DNA of 64,000 bases from Lama glama. Lineage: Eukaryota. A program made the translations under genes and the position numbers. Below the pieces are notes generated by a model that did not search any database, was not told the origin of the DNA, and saw only the letters and a list, made by a program, of their open reading frames with translations. Position 1 is the stretch's first letter. Every line of letters begins with the position of its first letter. The DNA is taken from the NCBI GenBank assembly GCA_028534125.1, contig CM052817.1, positions 85,376,001 through 85,440,000 on the forward strand, written 5' to 3'. Positions 40,501-51,959 of the stretch are shown here, piece after piece.

Positions 40501-41155
40501 TTTTATACCATGCTTTAAGTTGCTAATTGAATGACCTGAGGTTGCCATCTCCTTTCTTTAATGCATCACTAGAATTAAGCAAATATCTATTTCTTAGTTT
40601 TTATAGTTATTGCTGTTCACTTCCATATAATCGCAAATAGTGGATATATCATAAAGGTCAGAGCATCCATTTCTACCTCTATCCTATCCAACTTTACAAC
40701 AAGTGAAATTCTTACCGGCATTGTCTCTGTTGCCACCTAACCTGAGAGTGATCCCACTTCAGATCTCATCATTAGGATCTGCTTTCTAGGACCATGACTG
40801 GTATTTATACATGTTAAGTTTCCCAGAAGCTGACTCAAGACAAATATTCCTTTGCAAATGATATATTAAGAAATGCTCCCAGACTCTGGTGTGTAAGTAT
40901 AACTCAGAGATTCTCCACACTGAGTTGAGGATGCTGGACTCTCCTACTCCAAAATGTATTGCCTTCTCAGGGGGACAAAAACTACCAGACAATTTGGGTT
41001 CTTTATTATGTGTGTAAAGTTATTCTGGTGCCTCAAAGGTAGTCCTCAGAAAAGAGCTTTCAGCTGATAGCTGTTGAAAGAAAAAGTGAATCTAAACCTA
41101 GGTGAGAAGGATAGTGGTGATGAGTTAAGTAGTGGACTAGGAGGGCACAATATGA
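37599..41155 (-). mobile_element. Degenerate, internally deleted ERVL-type provirus with LTR33/LTR16-like LTRs
   Basis: Related LTR ends at 37599 (gtttcccagaattatatcctgagacaaagattcc) and ~40815 (gtttcccagaagctgactcaagacaaatattcc); minus-strand PPT aaaggggatac abutting TGTAGCAGAC at 38505; PBS-like taccagtcatggtcctagaaagcaga at ~40780-40803; ERVL dUTPase-like relic at ~39000-39170. Confidence 0.7.
37733..38197 (-). mobile_element. MaLR LTR (MLT1H/I/J-like) inserted into the ERVL 3' LTR
   Basis: tattagttaacatttgctgtgaaacaaacc...aatttaaaacaa...ccattggtcaaagcaagttacatagccaaacc...tgcaatctaccaca. Confidence 0.75.
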
Positions 41156-41998
41156 TAAAAATGGATTCTAATACCCCAATAATGTCTTAGAGAATGGAAG
41201 TTCACTCTCTGTATTGCAAGTGGGAATTTATAATGTACTCGTTTATGGATATAACATTTTAATTATTTTTGAGTAAAATTGATCTAGTGCTGCCATCATC
41301 CATTTACATAACAATTGCATAATCTATTTGAAAAAAATTTGTGAACTGTTAAGTACTATAGAATGAAAGTTTTTATAATACTAATTAATATTTCTTAATT
41401 TACTACAAACATTTCTGTGGGTTGGCAGTTACTTAACCATGATTTTTAAAATTGATTTTAAAGGAAAATGTGTTGTTTATTTCCAACAAATATTTTACAA
41501 AATAATATTAATTCAGCCCACTTGGTTATATTCCCTTGATGCCAACAGAGAATACATCCTCCTAGTAACTTTCAGTGGTTCCAGTCAGTGGATTTTAAAT
41601 TGTCAGTACAAGATTCTGAATCCTTTTCATCAATAAAATCTAATTTTAATGGATCTTTAAAAATTGTTTTATGTACTATTTTACAAATATTTTTATAGAA
41701 TACTTAAAGAAATTAATGTCAGTTTGAGCACCTTAACATTTCTTTGTTTTCCCCTACATCCAATATGCATATTATCAAGTGTAATATATCCAAATAATAT
41801 CGCTTGATTTTGTGGATGTTTCTAATGTAAGTTATATGCTTACTTTTTGAGAGACACATAATCAGTATCACAATGAGACAGACCATGACTGAGAGATGTT
41901 TAAATAAGATAGAGAAGGAGCATGGCTTTAATGCATATGATTTTTGAGCAAACATATAAACATACATCGTAGTCTTTTGTGTTGCTTTTGTATATATC

Positions 41999-42023
41999 TG
42001 TGTGTGTGTGTGTGTGTGTGTGT
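41999..42023 (+). repeat. (TG)n microsatellite
   Basis: About 12 perfect units seen directly. Confidence 0.95.
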
Positions 42024-42084
42024 ACGTGTAATGTAATACATTTTAACAAAAATAATGAGGAACCTTAAGCCATATTTGGAATAG

Positions 42085-42620
42085 GTTGTATGTAATAATC
42101 TTCTGTCTTCCCAACATTCCTTTCACCATGCTCATTAGCCATACTGTTTGTATGACTCAAACAGATGCTCATTTCCCCCCTCCAGCAGGAGAAACCCCAC
42201 CTCCTCCCTCTTGCTGCAGCGATCAGCTTGGGTTATCCCTGCCTATGCCAATCAGCACATTGCATTTTTCAGGATTAAATAATACTGTCAACAAGGGGCA
42301 TTTGAGTCCATTTGAATCAAAAAGATATGAGGGGAGGTTTTCTGGAGAGACAATGAAGATAAAATTTCTTCCCTTTCCTGGAAGAGCTATAGGAAGCTAA
42401 CATTTTCTTGTGTGGTGAGCCGACAGGAAGCTGAGAACTCCTGTAGCTGCCCAGATGAATGTCTGGGATTAGTGGAAAGCCGACAGGGGGGAATGCAGAG
42501 AGCAGGGGAAAGATAGTCCTTGCTAAACTAAGTAGATTTCTACTTCATTCAGAATAAGTCGATCTCTTTATTTCAGGAAAACTGGAAACTTTTCTGCCTC
42601 TTCATCTGAAAGTTAAGAGA
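42085..42620 (+). mobile_element. Probable old ERVL-class LTR
   Basis: Locally GC-richer block with LTR-like text (tctgtcttcccaacattcc...ggggcatttgagtcca...ttttctgcctcttcatctgaaag); family not determined. Confidence 0.35.
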
Positions 42621-44159
42621 ACCAGGAAATACACATTTATGTTTGACGATTTGAATTTGTTTCCTATTACTTCTACATTGAAGACTTTTAACAGATACAG
42701 ATATATTTCAGTTCTCCACATAATTCAGGATTCATTAGCTTATTCATTCATTTATTTAAAGAGATCTTCACAAAGTATATATCATAAACAGCTAATTATA
42801 GTTTTAAACATGATTTTCATAAATTCATGTTTTCTAGTATAACAAGTAATACCTGTGTGGTGCCAGATGCTGCCATATTATGATGAATAAGAAATATTTG
42901 CCAACAACTATTTTATAGTTTGGTTCATAAACTCCTAGAACTTTGATAATAAACTTAAAATAAATTTAGTTTTCTACAGGTACATTGGCCAAAATGTGAT
43001 ACTATGAAATAGAAACTATATGTGTACAAATATTTGAAGAAGCATTTAGCATTTAATTCTGTATTTTTAGCAAATCCATGTATCACTGAAGGAAGTTCTT
43101 TGAAAACAAAGTAAGACCCTGTTTATCTGTGGACTCTGACCAGAACAGTTGGTCTGGAGCCTGTTTGAGGAGGAGGCATATCACTTCCAGCTCACACTGA
43201 CATGGTTAGCCCAATCTTGTTGGTTTGATTTTGCTCCCTCTATAACCCTGTGGAAAATTAGAGGAAAAACTCCACCCTCGTATATTAAAGAAAAGATAGG
43301 TTAAACAGAAATGATTAGATACATCAAGAACATAAGATATTCAAGCTGTAGTGAGGCAGTATTGTCAATTCCAGGCAGCTGCCCTGGCTTCCCCAGCCCA
43401 CTCCCTACTTCTCCATCACTGCTTTCACTATCCCTGACATCAGTGACTACTTACACCCGGTTAGAGGTCATCACACTCTCCTGCTTCCCAAAGTGTTAAA
43501 TACTTTTGCGTTAAGGGCTTTCCAATCCTAGAGTATTTGCATTTTAATAAGGAACTACTGAAGATTGAAAAACCTTAAAGGAAAACAATTCTAATATTTC
43601 AAGGTGAGGCACTTGCAATTTAATTCACAGTAAAACAAAATTCACGATGTGATTAGGTACATAATTTAACCTTGTGCAATGCCAATCCTGTTTGAGTAAA
43701 AGGAGAATGAGGGACTTGATAATACTCAAAGTTGCTTTTATTTCAGCCTCTGTAAATGGCCTAGATCATGTATCAGGAAAAAATGTTCTTTCCCAAACCC
43801 TTTTATAAAAATTTTATTCTAGCCAAGTTTTTCATACTAAATTATGTATTTGTAAACACAGGGACTAACAATCGTGTCTCCACACAGAGAGTAGTATGCT
43901 CTCAATTTCTCTCCCTATGATGTCTGAGTACATAGGCTGTTTGGTGCCCTTTCAGTAATCTGTCCAAATACCACAATAAGTGGAGTGGCAATATGCACCT
44001 TGGTGTAGACTTATCCTTCAAACAGAGATTACTAATTGTCTGGAAGGAGCAATATCTGCCATTATCTTCCTTGAAAAATATTTCAAGCACTAAATAATTC
44101 AAATATAAATGCCTTGCTTATGCTTGATGTAGCCTTTAAAAATGACATACTTTTATATG

Positions 44160-44700
44160 TTCCATTGAAGTTTAGGGGGATGAAACAGGTAACAAGTAAT
44201 AAGGAGGAACTAAAAATACTGTAGAAGGAGAAACTGAATTCCAAGTGAGTATTGTAAATTAAAAGAGTTGTGCTTCTAAAAGGAATAAAGATGAACAGCA
44301 ATAATAAAAATGAATATAAATGAAAAAGACAAAGTATATAATGTTTTGTAAAGATTGCATGTAAACTAAAGAGACAATATTGAGGCATGGAATAAAGCAG
44401 CTCTATTTGTGTAAGATAAAATTTAATTTCATCGCTTAAATGATGAAAAATAATACTGAATGCTCTAATGATGGTGATCCAATCCAAATATCATTTAGAT
44501 GATGGATTTCATGAAGATAATACTGTATGAGATCCAGATCTGATGGCAATGCCATTGGAAAAACCACTTGATATTTATATGCTCTAAATTAAGGATTGCT
44601 GAAAATGAAAAACAATTAAGGGTGATATTGTTTAGCAATATTTAAATAAAGGAATCATCTGGATGTAAAGAAAGGTGAAATTTTTCTTAGTATCTAACCA
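44160..44700 (+). mobile_element. Possible L3/CR1 endonuclease-region relic
   Basis: aataaggaggaactaaaaatactgtagaaggag...gcagctctatttgtgtaag resembles the CR1 ORF2 N-terminus (NKQEELE...GVALYVK); heavily decayed. Confidence 0.35.
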
Positions 44701-47700
44701 GGTCTCACCAGGAAGTCTTGGGAAGGTATTTCTGATAGGACTGGCCTTATTTAAATACAAGGTACAGGATACTTTCCATGCCCTTCCAAGAAACTAGGAT
44801 GAAAGTTTTTTCATGAAAAGCTATATAAAAATAATTTTTGAATGACTGTTCATTTTTCTTCCTAAAATGATGAGATAGCGAAAGATTTCTGTATATAAGT
44901 TTTGGCTATAATGTGTACAAAGCTGAAAAAGCCATTTGTGGTTGTTTTCAAATTTAACCCAGTTTTACATGTCTTTCTACTAAAATTGCTGAAACTTATT
45001 TTTCTCACCACGTTGTATGATTTGTGGTACCCAGTTAAATCAGATTTTTTAAAATATAGTTTTGTATTTCTAAGCAATACCAGTGAGAGTGAGTTATTTC
45101 AATTAATGTTCATATATGAAAAGCATTTTGCTTTTGAAAATATTTTTGATTATGTAAATGAGCTTATAGTTTTATTTTTATTATATGTAAAATTCTTAGG
45201 AAACTGACAATGAAAAACAAATAGCTCTCATTTTTGTCTTGGACATTTGCAAGCAGACTTTATCATCTCAACCTTTAGAATTATTTTCTTAGGAAAGCAA
45301 GCTAATACTATTTTCATCTATAGCCCTTCTAGGTATTTCTTTTTTATGACTCTAATGGCCAATAGTATCTGCCAATGTTACTAGAAGAACAGTATTGTGT
45401 ATTATAGGACATCTAATGCTTTATTTAGGTGAACTGTGATAAAAATGAATTCTTCACAGGATATTTGTTTTAAAGCCCTAGGTTCAATCATATTACTGTC
45501 CTGGTGACAGTATCCTTAGTTAGCCAGTCCATTATTTGATTAAGAATCTGTGCTGGCCAGATCCTCTATGAGTGTCTGCAGTACCCTCTGGTTCTTGAAA
45601 ATCAGACAGGTTGAGAAAGAGAACTTTGCGTTAGTTTAACTATGGCACTTATCTAACTGGATTTTAATGGCTTGGTTGTTTTCCTGAGTTTCTTATAAAT
45701 CTCGAACAGTGAGCGAGCAGTAATTTCATTTTGTTTTCCATTAAATCTGTTCTACTTGCTGATGAAACTGACACACAGTAGATATCCAATGAATCTTTTT
45801 TAAATTAATGAAAGTATTTTTTCTCCAACATAATAAAACATAAAGGAAAAACGCACTGTATGAATACACACAGTATTTTCAACCTCTTGTATGCCAGATA
45901 GATCAGGAGCAACAGAGAATCACAAAAATGCTAAGTAATCAAATGACAAAATATTACATGGAGGACAGTTAATCTAAAGGCATCTGTGGGGAAAAAAGAC
46001 TACATTTTCAGAGTTAAATTTTAAATTTGAATAGGTTTGGGCAGGTGCATACAGACAGCTTCAACACTGTTGATAATGTTTAATTCTTAATTTGGGTGGT
46101 GGGTTTATGGTTGTTTAATTTGCTATTATTTTGTATAATTTACATATACACAGCTTAAATTATTTGTATGTGCATAATAGTACAAATATTTTTTAAAGGA
46201 AAGTATAAAATATTATAATATTTTATGCCGTAAAAGCATTTAATTCTACTAAAAGCATGTAAGGAATAGATAACTCCATTTAGACCAGACATTTTTATGA
46301 TCAGGGAGAAAGTCGGTGTCAGAAGGTGGCAGTGTAGCACTTTCTTTTCCAAATAAAATGAACTAGCTTTAAAAATACCAAAATGTAGCCCTTTCCAGAT
46401 GTAGTCCTCAGGGCCACATTCAGTCCTGCAACTCACTTCTCATTGTTGACTATGTCTCATTAGGAGATTAACTGCTTAAAATGCAATGCTAATGTGAAAG
46501 TTTTAATTGGGAAATCCTGTGCATATTATATTAATCTTAAGTGACTTTATCTAAAATTCCTGTTTCTTTTCTCTGATGTTTGGCATTTCCAAATGTTGCA
46601 CACTATTTCTATCTGTAGGAAATAAATTGCATATGGGATAGTAGTGTACTTTATTATTTTAAATATATCTTAAAATGCTATTCAAGCTTCTTTTACAATC
46701 CTTTAATGCATAGCTTTAGTAAAAACAAAATCTACATCCTTAGATATTTATTATGAAGTAAAAATATTTGGCAAGCGTTAAAGTATAATTGAATGAGAAA
46801 AATGAATCTACATAGAAGAGACTAAAAATTCAAATTTGGTTCCCTATAAGGTAAAGCATATATCAGGAAGAAAAATGATTTACACCTTTTCCTAGGACTC
46901 AACATTGCATATTTATAGAAAACAATCAGGAAAAGCTAAGATATAATGAAGTAATATCATGTCATAATACTTACTTAAATGGTTAGCTTTGTTAAAAATT
47001 TATATAAGCACATAGGCATGAATATGGATTACAGTTTCTAATATTTGGTTGTCATCTTTTTAATGTATTTATTTATTGTATATAAACATTTGAAAAGCTG
47101 ATCACTCTTCAACCCATAGGCACATTAACTTTTAAAACTGTAAAAGCAATTTTGTTTTAAGAATGGTCCTAGCCATCTCAATGATATATTTCACAGTTGT
47201 AGCGATTTTATTGGCATTAAGAATATACAATGTCTCATAAAAAAACAATAATTTAATCATACTCATATTTATGTTCGTTGAATTTTATAGTCATTGAAGA
47301 TTTTCACTTGTTTTTAATGTAAGTCATGGACTTTTTTTTAACGATATTAATTGTATCGGCATAAAACTGGACTTACAAATGTTCATACTGGTCAAATTTT
47401 ATGTATCTTTGTATAAAAGAAGATATTATTTTTGTATTTTGTTTTTAGTGTTTTATGGAGAAATACTATTTTTGTTTTGCTTTGTTTAACTTTATTTCCC
47501 ATGATAGTTTTATTAATAGACCATTTTTACAGAGGTGGTCAAAGATAACATATAGTCCATGCTCTATAAAGTAATGTTTATGAGGTAATTGGCAAACAGA
47601 ACAAACAGTGAGTAATTATTCCCTGTTCTTAGTGCTACTTACATGAGAGGACAGGAACAATAGAAACAGCAGAAAAATTTAACAGGAGAGGCATGTATGT

Positions 47701-47771
47701 GAATTATGAATCTTAAATTTCAACACTAGTAAGGTCTATCTTATGAATACAAAATAAGCTTTCTCATTTAT

Positions 47772-48023
47772 CAATTCCTAGAAGCATACAATCTACCAAG
47801 ACTGAATCAGGAAGAAATAGGTAATATGAACAGACCAATTATCAGTAATGAAATTAAATCAGTAATTAAAAAGAAAAAAAAAAGACCGGGACGTGATGGC
47901 TTCATAGGTAAATTCTACTGAACATTTAGAGAAGAGCTAACACCTATCCTTTTCAAACTGTTACAAATAAACTTCAGAGGAAGGAATGCTTCTGAACTCA
48001 TTCTATGAGTCCAGTATCACCCA
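47772..48023 (+). mobile_element. L1 ORF2 fragment
   Basis: Translates to FLEAYNLPRLNQEEIGNMNRPIISNEIKSVIK...PGRDGFIGKFY...NSFYESSIT. Confidence 0.9.
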
Positions 48024-48084
48024 TATATACAAAATATATACATGTTTTATATACATATCCATATATACATATACAAAGTCATTC

Positions 48085-48348
48085 GCATTTTCTATGTATA
48101 GTGTCATCCGCAAATAATGAGTTTTACTTCTTGCTTCCTTGTTTGGATTCTTTTAATTTCTTTTTCTTGTCTGATTGCTCTGACTAGACTTCCAATATTA
48201 TGTTGAATCAAAGTGGGAAGACTGGACTTCCTTGTTTTGGTCCTGATTTTAGAGGAGATCCTTTCAGCTTTTCACCTTTGAGTATGATGTTAGCTGTGGT
48301 CTTGTGATATATGGCCTTTATTACCTTGAGGTATGGTCCCTCTGTATC
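48085..48348 (-). mobile_element. L1 ORF2 RT fragment
   Basis: Reverse complement gives [26 protein letters not shown]...AIRQEKEIKRIQ...LFADD-like sequence. Confidence 0.9.
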
Positions 48349-48869
48349 CACCAGAGTTGAGAAGTAGAGTTTGCTTTTTTTTATTCACCACCTCTGGTGG
48401 TGTATTCAAGCTCTGGAATTTAACCCATGCTATGAGGATGAATTCTAAATCTATAGATAGTCCCAGAGTGTTCAAACTATAGTTTTATAGCTTCAGTTGC
48501 TACTGTGATAACACTACTATCATGTTTATTGATTATTGAAATCAAGAATTTAAAAGTATTTATACACTATATTAGTTTGCCCCAAAATTCTACCTTTGCC
48601 TTCCAAAACGTTCCATTGTGCTCACATTCTCTATTTCTGTTTAGGGTATCTTATATTTTCACATTTATCTTCACTGTCCACTCAAACCTATCTAGTCTCT
48701 GGATGTGAAACATTCATTATTTTTCTGCCTTTAGAAACATACTTTTAGTATCTTCCATTTTGCTTTATTTGAGCCCTAGATACTTTTATCAAGTTCCATA
48801 TCTTTAGATAAGCTCTGTATGGGTGCACATGACGCCAGATTTTATCTGAAGACCTTAGGGTTCTGATGA

Positions 48870-49770
48870 ACTCATACATCCAACTACCTACTACTCATTT
48901 GGATTTTTAATAAATATATCAAAGTTAATACAATAAAGCAGACTATTTGATTTTCCTCTCAGACCTACTTCTCTCTCATTCTTCACCATCTCAGTAAAGG
49001 TCACTGCTGTTGACCAGCATACTCAGGCCAAAATCCTAAGTTTTATTATTGATTCATCCTCTTTATCACCCTCTACATTCTATATATCAGCATGTTCTCT
49101 CAGGTTTACCTCATAAACAAGTTACTTGTCATTACTTCCACACTACCCCTCTGGTTCATGCCACTGTGTTCTCTGATCTAGGTTATAATAATAAACTCCT
49201 GTCTGATACTCTTTCACACTGCTCCCATCCAATGATTTGTCAGCACAGCAGTCAGTACGATATCTTACAAATTGAAATCAGAGCATACCACACCTCTGTT
49301 TACAACTTTGAAATGAATTCTGGTCTGTCAAAATCAAATTCAGGTAACTAGCATAGCCTGCTGGGCCTGTATGATCTGGCTCCCATGTTCGGCTCCAACA
49401 TTTCCTGCCTTACTGTCTTTCATTCAGCTATGCTCTCCCTCCTCCTGTTCCTCACTTCCTCTTCAGAGCATTTGTTATTGCTGATTCTCCTACCAGGAAC
49501 TCTCTTCCTGATAATGTTTACATTATGTTTCCCCCTTCCCAATTTAGTTCTTTGATTAATGGACATCTCCTCAGAGAAACCTTCCCTTACTATTTAGTCC
49601 AAAATATCTGCTGTTCTTTTACTTAACTTAAAGTGCATTTATATGTAGTGTGCCTTTCCTATGAGAATGTAAACACTATAAGGACAGGGGTTTTACAATT
49701 TTGCTTCATTTCAGCACCAGGCACAATGTCTGGAATCTGGAAGACACACAGTAATTATTTGGTAAAAGAT
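48870..49770 (+). mobile_element. L2 3' region
   Basis: ccaactaccta...cttcaccatctcagtaaaggtcac...caggccaaaatcct...tgatctggctccc...atctcctcagagaaaccttccc...gaatgtaaacactataaggacaggg...caccaggcacaatgtctgg. Confidence 0.75.
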
Positions 49771-51178
49771 AAGAAAAAAATTGTATTTAATTTAACTAAG
49801 TAATTAAGTAGGTTATAAAATCTGTGTAATATTCCTAGTAATATGTAAATCTACTTTAATTTTATTCTGACTTTCTTTCTGACTCGGAAGTATGTCTCTG
49901 GAGTCGAATTATATGACAGAAGGGAGTATTATGAGCAAAAATACTCACTTACCATCCTGCAAATATGTCCCATTTTGAATAAATGCATGTTTTAAGAATT
50001 GATATGAGAGTGTGTTCATTCATAGGTGAACAGCTACAAAAGTGTGTGTCTGAAATTTTAAAGTTGATGAGTACACCTAATTCACTATTAAGGGTCCAGT
50101 CTGAGTAGCACAGTATCTTCCAAATACTAGAGACTTGAATTTAAAAATAGAAAATAGGTGAAGATAGTTCTTGGAGTGTAGTTGCACAAATAATAAATGT
50201 TATATATTTCAGTATTCATGTATAGCTAAATTTAAGATTGACTAAATGTAAGTCACAGCAAGATAGCAAATCTGACCATAGAAAAATACTCGCTTTTATT
50301 CATCAATATAAAAAGATCTGGCAGCTATGTCTCTAGTACAGAAAAAAAAAATTATTTTGAGGAAACAGGCAAATTAGAGGGTTGTATTAGAACTTGCATT
50401 TTTGAATCATTTTTTGACCTAGCTGTAATTGAATTCAACTTCAAATTCTGAGCTAGTTTATACTGATACTTCCATTTAATTAAAATAACAAGTGCAGAAA
50501 ATTGCATTTAATATCTCAAATCAATGAATGTTAAATGCTCCCAAAGTGCAAATATTCATAAGCTCAAAGCCCATATTTATAAATAGTAACATATCAACTT
50601 ATATAGAGAAGTTGGACATTAAAATTTTCATGATCATTGGTATATCAATGTTTGAATATCTAATAGTGAACTATTATTAATTACTTAGCTGCATTACCTT
50701 GCGTATTACCCAGATCTGTTAGTTCAGACAAACATGTTTTAACATACATAAATGATTGGTAGGTTACTAGGGCAACTTTCCATTTTATTTTATCCTTTTT
50801 CACTAAAAGCATTCTGAAGTTCAGTCCAGAATAGGTAGCCATTTGATTGTTTTGACTTGTCGTTCGACTCAAATTTATGTTCTCTCATTCAGGTATATTC
50901 TCTTCTTTTTACCTGAAAATACCCAGTTTTAGAGTCATTCAACAACTCAAATCAGCAAATCCTCTAAAGAACAAGGAGAATTTTACTGAGCATCACAGAG
51001 GCACACTTGGAGAAATGTGAAGTGACAAAACAAGATATTCTACAGTAAGGAGGAGAAAGTAATGTGAGAATTTTCAAAATAAGTCACAAATAGATGTAGG
51101 AAAATAATTGGTTAACAAGACATGCTTTCAAATAACACCAGCATCTATCTCTTTTGTTGTACTGTGTGGAAGGCAGTA

Positions 51179-51499
51179 CAGTCCTCCCTTGGTATCCACC
51201 AGGGTTTGGTTCCAGGGCCCTACCCTACTTCGGATACCAAATTCCAAGAATGCCCAAGACCCTTATTTAAAATGGCGTAGTATTTGCATATAACTTACAC
51301 ACATCCTCCTGTATATTTTAAATAATCTCTAGATTACTTATAATACCTAATACAATATAAATGCTATGTAAATAGTTGCCGGCATGCCAAATTCAAGTTT
51401 TGCTTTTTGGAATTTTCTGAAAAATTTTTCTTCTGAATAATTTTGATTCATGGTTGTTTAATCCACATGTTCCCCATCTGTAGAAACAAGGGCCTAATG
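51179..51499 (+). mobile_element. MER2 (TcMar-Tigger) DNA transposon
   Basis: TA-flanked cagtcctcccttggtatccaccagggtttggttccagg...aaaatggcgtagtatttgcatataacttacacacatcctcctgtatattttaaataatctctagattacttataatacctaatacaat. Confidence 0.88.
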
Positions 51500-51514
51500 T
51501 ATATTATATTGATT

Positions 51515-51733
51515 ACAAGACTGAGGTTTAAAGCCAGTACAGCAAGGGTTTAAATCCTGACTCTACCAAAAAATATCTTGGGCTAATTGATCTCTTGTGC
51601 CTTGGTTTCTTCATATATAAAATGGGGTTAATGACTGCACCTACTTCATGAAGTAAATATTATTTAATTATATAAAGTAATATGAAAATATCTAAGAAAA
51701 GTGCCTGGCATGTAATATGTCCCTAATAGTTAT
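51515..51733 (+). mobile_element. MIR SINE
   Basis: gggtttaaatcctgactctacc...gtgccttggtttcttcatatataaaatggggtta...agtgcctggcatgtaa. Confidence 0.8.
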
Positions 51734-51796
51734 CGCCAAACAGTATATGTTCCTTCTGACATATATTTAGAGTAAATATTTTCATTTAAGAAAAAT

Positions 51797-51959
51797 GCCG
51801 TCACGCACTGCACGTTCGTGGGGAACCTGGTGCTAAACCATTCGTAGACGACCTGCTTCTGGGTTGGGGTTTCGTACGTAGCAGAGCAGCTCCCTCGCTG
51901 CGATCTATTGAAAGTCAGCTCTCGACACAAGGGTTTAAAATAGAAAAAAAAAAAAAAAA
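51797..51959 (+). pseudogene. Retrocopy of the 3'-terminal ~140 nt of 28S rRNA with poly(A) tail
   Basis: ccgtcacgcactgcacgttcgtggggaacctggtgctaaaccattcgtagacgacctgcttctggg...gcgatctattgaaagtcagctctcgacacaagggttt matches the mammalian 28S 3' end; followed by an A tail at 51937-51959. Confidence 0.95.

Noticed and set aside
44083..44487. 134-aa hydrophobic ORF as a membrane protein
   Set aside because: F/L/I/S bias is expected from the T-rich antisense strand of an A-rich, probably LINE-derived region.
51730..51930. 66-aa ORF, or a functional rRNA gene
   Set aside because: The ORF is an antisense reading of 28S sequence. Only ~140 nt of rRNA are present, with a poly(A) tail and no rDNA context.
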